Positions 55,716 through 64,000 of a stretch of DNA of 64,000 bases are shown here, piece by piece. Made by a program: the position numbers and the translations under genes. Below the pieces are notes generated by a model. The model did no database searches and was not told the origin of the DNA. It saw nothing but the letters and a program-made list of their open reading frames with translations. The DNA is from Octopus vulgaris (lineage: Eukaryota), in the NCBI GenBank assembly GCA_951406725.2, contig OX597821.1, positions 22,072,001 through 22,136,000 on the forward strand. The letters run 5' to 3'. Position 1 is the first letter of the stretch, and each line of letters starts with the position of its first letter.

Positions 55716-56045
55716 GGATAGATGGATAGATATGTGTATATACGTAGATATGATATGGACACATACATATTAATAATACATACTCTCACCTACACCCCTG
55801 CACGTTCATAGTTATACTACGAATATTCATAATGCCTCGAAGATGAAATGACGTCACTGGTCTGCAACTCCACACGAATAGAAAGTAAACAGGTACAATA
55901 AGTAAACAGGCAGAATAACGTAACAATAAACGATGAACAGACGTTACAAAAGAACAGAACGTGATTTCATGGTGAACAAATGGTGAAAATAGACCTATAT
56001 ATGTATATATATAGATATTTCAAAATTATGATGTCATGATGCGAG

Positions 56046-56073
56046 GTTTTTCCATTATTTTGTCCAACCCCTG
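56046..56073 (-). mobile_element. Tc1-like terminal inverted repeat remnant
   Basis: caggggttggacaaaataatggaaaa on the minus strand resembles Tc1-family ends; no partner end found. Confidence 0.4.
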
Positions 56074-56086
56074 TCTATATATATAA

Positions 56087-56420
56087 AGCCTTATGAGTGG
56101 ATTTGGTAGACGGAAACTGAAAGTATCCCGTCGTATATGTGTGTGCGCGCCTATGCATGTGTGTGTGAGTGAGTGTGTGTGCGCGCGTGAGCATCTAGAT
56201 AAGTCTCTGTGTCTGTATTTCTCCCCACTACCGCTTGACAACTGGTGTTGTGTTTACGTCCCCGTAATATTAGCGGTTCGACTAAGTGACCGATAGAATA
56301 AGTACATGAGTTTTTTAAAAAAATTAAGTACTAGGGTCGATTCATTCGACTAAAATTTCTTGAAGGCGATGCTCCAGCATGGTCTCGTTCTAAGGACTGA
56401 AACAAAGAAAATATAAAAGA
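56087..56420 (+). mobile_element. SINE family A, 5'-truncated and diverged
   Basis: Matches 54120-54485. Confidence 0.75.
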
Positions 56421-56711
56421 TAGGTTAAACAACTGCTACAGTGCCACAGCAGTATCTAGCTACATTATATGTTTGTGCATCTTGCAGCAATCCATCGCTC
56501 ACCCTTCTTCTTTCTGTTTGTTTAATTTTCTGATGGCGAACATCAGCGCAAAACATCAAAAACACTTGCACTTGCTTTCATCTTTCATTAACCGTTAAAC
56601 TAATAATTACTCGTTGTTTTCACTTCGCCGTCTGTATTGTTATTTTCGTCGTCGTAAATTTTGTACCTATAGGTATTTATTAATATACATATTTATATAC
56701 ATATATAATAC

Positions 56712-56771
<60 letters not shown>

Positions 56772-57274
56772 CATACATACACACACAACACACACACACA
56801 CACATTATAATATATGGATAGATAGATAGATATATGTATGTATGTATGTATGTATGTACGTATGTATGTATGTATGTATGTATGTATGTATGTATATATG
56901 TATGTATGTATGTATGCATATGTTTATAGACACATACACACATATTTTTACCTTCCTGCCACTCTACCTTCTTATTAATGTATCTGACTACCTTCCTATC
57001 TAACTCCTTATGTATTTATAAATCGTTATTTCTTATGACAACGTAAGAATCTATAATGAGACCCGCCGTTTTGTTACATGAAAATTTGGGCCAACACCCC
57101 TCTATAATTAAATTATAAATTAATCTCACGTAAGACGGCTGGCTGGTAGAATCGTTAGTGTTTCGGACAAAATGCTTAGCGACATTTCTTCCGATTCGTC
57201 CCGTTTTGAGTTTAAACACGCCTGGGGTCAACTTTACCTTTCTCCAGTCCGGAGTCGGTAAAATAAGCACTAAT

Positions 57275-57508
57275 AAAGGCGACGAGCTAGCAGAAACGTT
57301 AGCACGCCGGGCGAAAAGCGTAGCCGTATTTCGTCTGCCGTTACGTTCTGAGTTCAAATTCCGCCGAGGTCGACTTTGCCTTTCATCCTTTCGGGGTCGA
57401 TAAATTAAGTACCAGTTACGCACTGGGGTCGATATAATCGACTTAACCCGTCTGTCTGTCCTTGTTTGTCTCATCGGTGTTTAGCCCCTTGTGGGTAGTA
57501 AAGAAATA
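57275..57508 (+). mobile_element. SINE family B, full length, nested in an older related SINE
   Basis: 18-bp TSD ggtaaaataagcactaat at 57257-57274 and 57509-57526. Confidence 0.9.
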
Positions 57509-57853
57509 GGTAAAATAAGCACTAATCAAGGACAGGAATCGATGTTGTTGACTAACTGCCTTCCCTCAAAACGATTGGCCTTGTGCTCTGATTAGAAAGA
57601 ATATATTAATCTCACGTACCGCCTGTACTCAAAGGGAAAAATGGCTTGAGGTATATCTTCTAGCATTTTATATTTTGAGTTTCATTCCTGCTGGGGTCAG
57701 TTGCACTTGTCATCGTTCCGGTGTTGATAACATAAAGTACCGGTGAAATACTGTGGTCCATGGTCCATGTCAACTAGTCCTCTCTCTTCAAAACTGCTCG
57801 CTATTGCCTAGATGTGGAACTATCTACCAGCTTCACTGGATGCTTATGCGAAC

Positions 57854-57916
<63 letters not shown>

Positions 57917-57961
57917 CATACATATATATGTATATATATATACATATATACATATATATAT

Positions 57962-58028
<67 letters not shown>

Positions 58029-58118
58029 CGAAGGGAGAATTCATAAAAAAAACAAAAGATGAAGACAGGTGATAGTGTAGACAACAAACAGATGTATTAG
58101 TTCAACGACTTGAAAAGT

Positions 58119-58154
58119 CTTTAACGTTTCGAGCCTACGCTCTTCCACAGAAAG
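58119..58154 (-). ncRNA. Minimal hammerhead variant in the PLE terminal segment
   Basis: cttt CTGTGGAA gagc gtag gctc GAAA cg TT/aaag. Confidence 0.6.
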
Positions 58155-58799
58155 GAACACAGAAAGAAACAAGGAGAGAAAATAAAGAATGTGTAGTGGC
58201 TAGCGATCTATCATGACGAATGCCGGACAGAAGGGTCACACAGTAGAGCTAAGAAGAAAGGGAGATAATAAAGTAGTGGTGATCCCGAAACGAAGGGGCG
58301 CGTGCATATGTATAAGAGAGTATTATGTGCGTGTGGAAGAGGATTGGTGACCTTGACGTGTGCGTGTCTGTATGTGTAGGTATGAAGATGTGGTTCTGGA
58401 AAATGGTCAGTGATAGTGTGTACGTGGTGGTGTGATGTGATGTGTTATGTGGTATGGTGGTGTATGGCGTAGCGATGTGCGGTATGATGTGATGGTGTTC
58501 GGAGGTGTGGAGGCGAGATTGGGGAAAGTAAGCGTGGGGTGTGGGTTAGGCTGAGGGTAGGGTAGAGGTGGGGTATGTGAGTAGGAAGAGGGTGGGTTAT
58601 GTGAGAGGGGGTATAAGGCATGGGTGGGGTTACGAGTTGGGGGTGACGATGAAGGGGGAAAGAGAAGGTGGGTAGGGGTGAAGAGAAGAGAGAAGGAGAG
58701 TAGGAGTTATGAGAAGTAGGAGTCGGATCAAGAGTGAAGTGGGTGGGAGGAAATAGGTGTGAGGGGGAGAGAGGCGAGGGAAGGGGGTCAGATGAAGAG

Positions 58800-59850
58800 G
58801 TTAGGAGAGTTGAGCCCATGTGGCGCAAAGGAGCGAAGAGAGAAGATTAATTCCTGTTCACGCGCAAATGAGAGTCCGGATGGCCCCTGTGCAAGGACAA
58901 TCCGAACACGGTCAGGTGTTGCAAATAGTGACCGGTAGAGCGGAAATGGCACGAGACCGGGATGTCATTTCCGACTTGGATGTCTCGGAGGAGTTCCGCG
59001 AACCGGTCAGCCAAGCGGCGTCCCGTTTTCCCGATGTATAGAGAAGGGCAGAGAGAGCAGTAGATGCAGTAGATGACTTGGTAGAAGTGCAGGTGAAGGA
59101 GTCGATGTGATAGGGTCGATGATAGGTGCTGGTGAGGAGGGTGGTGTTGGAGAGGTAAGGGCAAGTGCGGCAGCGTGGGCGGGAGCAGGAGAACGAGCCG
59201 GGTTGGGAGGTTAGGTTAGACGGCGGGGCGGGTTCGGTGGGAGAGAGCAGATGCACGGTCCACGGGATGTGCTCTGGTAAGGGTGATGTGGATAGGGGTG
59301 AGGAGATATCCACGTAGGATGAAGTGGCGAGCCATGAGTTGACACTGAGTGTCAAAGTCATGGTCCTCACTACAGAGCCTGCGTAGATGGAAGAATTGAG
59401 AATAGGGAATGGAAAGCTGGGTGTGTTTAGGGTGGGGGGAGGGGAAGTTGAGATATGAGTGTGTGTCTGTGTGTTTGTAGTGGATGGAGGTAGTGAGAGT
59501 GGAGTGATGAATGCTACCTGACATGTCAAGAAAGGAGACAGAGGCGTCAGAGATAGTGCAGGAGAAGTGGAGGACAGGATGGAAGGATTTGACAAAAGAG
59601 AGGAAGGGGTCTAGATGTTCGCGGGAGAGGGAGGTCGCACTGATACAATCGTCACTATAACGGCCATATAGTTCGGGAGTGGGACCAGTGAAACTTGAAA
59701 ATATTTGGGCCTCAACGTAGCCAATGAACAGGCTCGCATAATTGGGGCCCATTCTCGTACCCATGGCCACTCCCGAGACTTGCTGGTAGAAATTACCAGC
59801 GAACGAGAAGCAGTTGAGTGAGAGGACAAGTTCGGCCAGACGAACGAGTG
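58800..59850 (-). pseudogene. PLE reverse transcriptase / GIY-YIG endonuclease pseudogene
   Basis: FYQQVSGVAMGTRMGPNYA, GRYSDD, SIPYSQF..LRRLCS, CSRPRCRTC, VIYCIYCSLC..LYIGKTGRRL..RF; frameshifted. Confidence 0.9.
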
Positions 59851-60952
59851 ATATATAACTAATTATTTACTACCAATGCCACCAAGCAATGACGAGGGCT
59901 ATATCCTCCGCTGACAAAGGTTAAGGATAGAAACGTTTCGATTTGTCTCCCTTTCTTTCTTGGCATAGAAATAAAGTCAGTTAACTCTTAATATATATTT
60001 CACCCAATCACCACAGTTAATCTTACTGTGGTTATTTGAGATATTGAGAACAGCAGAAATGATTATAATTATCAAAACCAATTTGCGGTCAATGCCCATT
60101 TATAATTAAATTATTTACTTAGTTATTGATCTGTTAATCAATCTATATCACAATGTATTTATCTATTTAATTATTTACCCCTACCAATGAACTATGTAAC
60201 CATGTATCTATCAAACCATGTATTTATCTAGCCATCTATCTATCTATATATCTATATATCTATATATCTACCTACCTACCTATTTATTTAGACCTATCAA
60301 ATCACAAAAGTAGCAAGACTTCTATCTATCTATCTATTCATCTACCAACATATCTACTTATCCATCTAGCTATCTAGCTCTCTACCTACCTATTTTAAGT
60401 ACGCAAGCATGCTTATCTACCTCCACAACCATCCATACACCTACTCACCTGCTACCCTCTACCAATACAACTAACTGCCTACCTATCTGCCCACAAATCG
60501 ATCCATTAATATGTTCTCCTCCCTCTCTCTCTCTCTCTCTCTCGCTTTACCCCCCTTTTCTCTCCTCTTTACAACCACCTCTCTCTCTCTCTTTATTTAT
60601 CTATCTAGCTACCTATCTATCTCTCTGTCTATCTCCTTTTCTGTCACTCTCTCTCTCTCTCGCTCTCGATTCATCAATTTCTCCACACCACACCATCACA
60701 CCAGCCGGTACAGTCTGCAGACTCCACAAAAAGTTTAATTTCCTTCCTAATCTCAATAAGATTGCTACAATAGATTCTAAATGCTATACTTAATGTAATC
60801 TTCTCGACAATTCCACCGCATCGTTTGGGCTATTTATCGTCTGCTTCTCAAAACTAAGCGGACGTCATAGAGATCTGCAATTCACTGCATATTCACTGCA
60901 TATTCATGCACATGTTGTCTTGCTTTTCATCGAGTGCACCCCTCTCTTTCAT

Positions 60953-60985
<33 letters not shown>

Positions 60986-61124
60986 AATACACTCTCTCAC
61001 ACATATGCACAAACACACACACACACATACATATCCCAACAGAAACAGATTTGTTGTACTGTGATACGCGTATGTGATTTTACATGCGTACATACACTAA
61101 AGCCTTTGTGCTCATAATTGCATA

Positions 61125-61242
<118 letters not shown>

Positions 61243-61539
61243 TGATTGAGTGTGTGTGTAAATATCAACTCAAAACAAGTATTCCGATTTATATGTATGG
61301 AATTCTCTCTCCCTCTCTCTTTCTTTCCCTCTCTCTGTTTCTCTTTAACCTTCCCCCTCTAACTCTTTCTATATTTCTCTCTATGCCTGAACATTAACAC
61401 CTAAACTGAAATGCGAATATGTATGTATATATGTATGTATGTGCGTATGTGTGTGTATATGCGTTTGTGCTTGAGTACCTATAACATATATAAAAACACG
61501 TACATACACACAACATATATATATATTATATTATATATA

Positions 61540-61734
61540 TGATAGATCGTTAGCCACTACACACATTTTTTTTTCTCTCCTTGTTTCTCCTTGTTTTTTC
61601 TGTGTACCTTTCTGTAGAAGAGCGTAGGCTCGAAACGTAAAAGACTTTTTCTGTTCCTGAACGCTATACTAATACATCTGTTTGTTTTGTACACCACCTG
61701 TCTTCGTCTTTTGTTGTGTTTTTTTCGCTAACTT

Positions 61735-61737
<3 letters not shown>
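61540..61737 (+). mobile_element. Solo PLE terminal segment with HHR variant at 61608-61643
   Basis: Reverse match to 58030-58215; cttt CTGTAGAA gagc gtag gctc GAAA cg TA/aaag; TA tracts on both sides. Confidence 0.8.
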
Positions 61738-61775
<38 letters not shown>

Positions 61776-61799
61776 TTATATATACATATATATATCAAC

Positions 61800-62373
61800 A
61801 AACTAATATGGCAGTCCATAAATATAAGACTAAAGCTGTCGCTGATTAGCTCCAAGAGGCCATCGTTTCTAACTAGCTATATGACACACGAACCTACTTT
61901 AGTCTTATATTTATGGACTGCCATATTAGTTTGGCGATAACTATTAATATCCAGTAACGCTGCCGTAATCTCCTTTAAAGAGGCTTAGTAATTTTAATAT
62001 TTCTATTATTGAAAACAAGTGGATGTATTCCAATGAAACTAGGTAAATAAAATCTTCGAACAGACGGTTGGTAGCGACACCTGCTGGGTCTGACTACGCT
62101 GCATTGATAAAGGGCAACAACCCTGAAACGTGTCTGCAGATGTCTGACTAACAAGGTGAAGCGGCTGACCTCCCATGTTCGAAGGATGTAATGGACGCAG
62201 GTTCGTGTGTCATATAGCTAGCTAGCTAGCGGTGATGGCCTCTTGGAGCTAATCAGCGACAGCTTTAGTCTTATATTTATGGACTGCCATATTAGTTTGG
62301 CGATAACTATTAATATCCAGTAACGCTGCCGTAATCTCCTTTAGAGAGACTTAGTAATTTTAATATTTCTATT
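61800..62373. mobile_element. HHR-bearing 366-bp repeat: about 1.3 tandem units plus an inverted arm
   Basis: 61899-62008 recurs at 62265-62373 (period 366); 61800-61897 is the reverse complement of about 62197-62298; TA flanks. Confidence 0.85.
62099..62139 (+). ncRNA. Minimal hammerhead ribozyme with altered core
   Basis: ctgca TTGATAA aggg caacaa ccct GAAA cgtg TC/tgcag; stems I and II are perfect. Confidence 0.7.
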
Positions 62374-62682
62374 ACATATATATACATGCATATATATTTG
62401 TTTGAACTTGTGTGTGTGTGTACAATAATGATAATACAAGAATTTCAATAGATTCCAATTTTGGCACAATGCCAGCAATTTTAGCGGGAGTCGGTAAGTC
62501 TTTTGCATCAGCCTCGGTATACAATTGGTCCTTGCTTTATCGACCTGAAAGGAAGAAACTCAAAGTCAACCTCGGAAGTATTTGAACTCAGGACATAAAA
62601 AGTTCGAAGAAACGCCGTTAAGCATTTTGTCCAGCGCGCTAACGATTAGGCCGATTTCTTAAATAATAATAATAATAATGGC

Positions 62683-62736
<54 letters not shown>

Positions 62737-62744
62737 GATGATAA

Positions 62745-63313
62745 AATGCCCTGATGCCGTACCAGGCAGTGTCTCTAATGGCTTGTAATCGAAACTGATT
62801 GAAAGTGTTATCGTAAACATTGTTTCGTCTTGGTATAAAAGATGGGCTACAGCAAATATTCTGCTCAATATCTCAGATTTGCTTGCCAGTTGTATGGCAT
62901 TAACCAGTTGAGCATGTCCTTTAGTGGCTGATGATATGTGCATCTCTGATCACATGCAGAAGAAGTGGGGGGGGGTATCATAGCCATGTGCTGAGAGGGA
63001 TTCTTTGGGGTTTGAATAATTTACCTTTGGAAACATAGGCGTTTCGTTCAACATCCTTAAACAACCTTTATTCGGGGACCTTTTGAGTGGGATGGGCTAC
63101 TCGACCAGAAGAAAATTCCAACTGGGCCCCACCTGCGAGGTCATGCGTTGTTTATCTTGATATGAGATGACCATATCGCGCACATATGGATGTGATGCAT
63201 GTGCCTGGTGTACCCTTATCAGGCGGGTAGTCATGATGGGTATATTGGGTTTCGTATATTTTACCCTAGTGTCACTTTGATGGCATGCATTGCTCTCTCA
63301 CTCAACAATAATA
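62745..63313 (+). repeat. Unclassified interspersed repeat, probably a retroposon 3' region
   Basis: Complex sequence between (GAT)/(AAT) repeats and an aacaataataa tail; single copy in the window. Confidence 0.35.
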
Positions 63314-63623
63314 AAACTTAACATATCTAAAACAGCAGATTGAAAACAAACAGGAATCGAATAATATTAGTATCTTCTATAATGATACTTCTGTGTCTTT
63401 CTTCGTCACAGCATATGAATGAGAAAGGAAGGGGTGATAGATAAATAAGGAGGGAGATGATATCAAACTGGAAGTGGGACGGTGAATATTCAACGCTGAG
63501 AAGAACAATCAAACAGCGTTTCAACTCTGTGTGAGTATATGTGTGTATGTGTGTGCGTGTACAAGGGAAGTATGTGAATGTTTGTATGTGTGATTATCAT
63601 ATGCCTTACGTTGTACCGTATTT

Positions 63624-63991
63624 ACTCTTTTTACTCTTTTACTTGTTTCAGTCGATCCCAGGACTTATTCTTTTTGTAAGCCTAGTACTTATTTTATCGG
63701 TTTCTTTTGCCGAACCGCTAAGTTACGGGGACACACCAGCATCGGTTGTCAAGCAATGCTAGGGGAACAAACACAGACACACAAACATACACGCACACAC
63801 ACACACATATATATATATACATATATACGACAGGCTTCTTTCAGTTTCCGTCTACCAAATGCAGTCACAAGGCTTTGGTCGGCCCGAGGCTATAGTAGAA
63901 GACACTTGCCCAAGGTGCCACGCAGTGGGACTGAACCCGGAACCATGTGGTTAGTAAACAAGCTACTTACCACACAGCCACTCCTGCGCCT
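63624..63991 (-). mobile_element. SINE family A, internally deleted
   Basis: Matches 2695-3099. Confidence 0.85.
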
Positions 63992-64000
63992 ATTTATATA

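Larger units (their letters stand above)
58030..59850 (-). mobile_element. Penelope-like element (Neptune-type), 5'-truncated
   Basis: RT + Cys linker + GIY-YIG, C-rich 3' region, terminal segment with a minimal HHR variant, ends in (TA)n. Confidence 0.9.

Noticed and set aside
59905-59945. Hammerhead-like ctgacaa...gaaacgtttc next to the PLE
   Set aside because: Stems I and II do not pair

Overview
This is eukaryotic, AT-rich, microsatellite-saturated intergenic or intronic DNA. The repeat families strongly resemble those of octopus (coleoid cephalopod), which is an inference. I can support no host protein-coding exon, and nearly all ORFs in the track are simple-repeat artefacts. The window is a dense mobile-element landscape: three tRNA-type SINE families, each sharing its 3' tail with a LINE present in the same window; RTE, R4/Dong-like, CR1-group and Tx1 LINE remnants; a mariner; several Helitrons; and a Neptune-type Penelope-like element (PLE). 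Two systems stand out. (1) A hammerhead-ribozyme (HHR) retroelement system. A near-identical 535-bp non-coding tandem array (37183-39632) carries five intact-looking type I hammerheads, arranged as about 2.9 units plus about 1.7 inverted units between (TA)n tracts, which is retrozyme-like. At least six other HHR-bearing families occur, several with the same inverted, 3'-ends-outward architecture and with core variants. (2) A Tx1-clade LINE whose copies sit in (GATA)n/(TATC)n microsatellites in the same orientation and register, a candidate GATA-targeting site-specific retrotransposon. All calls were read by eye and no database searches were run.
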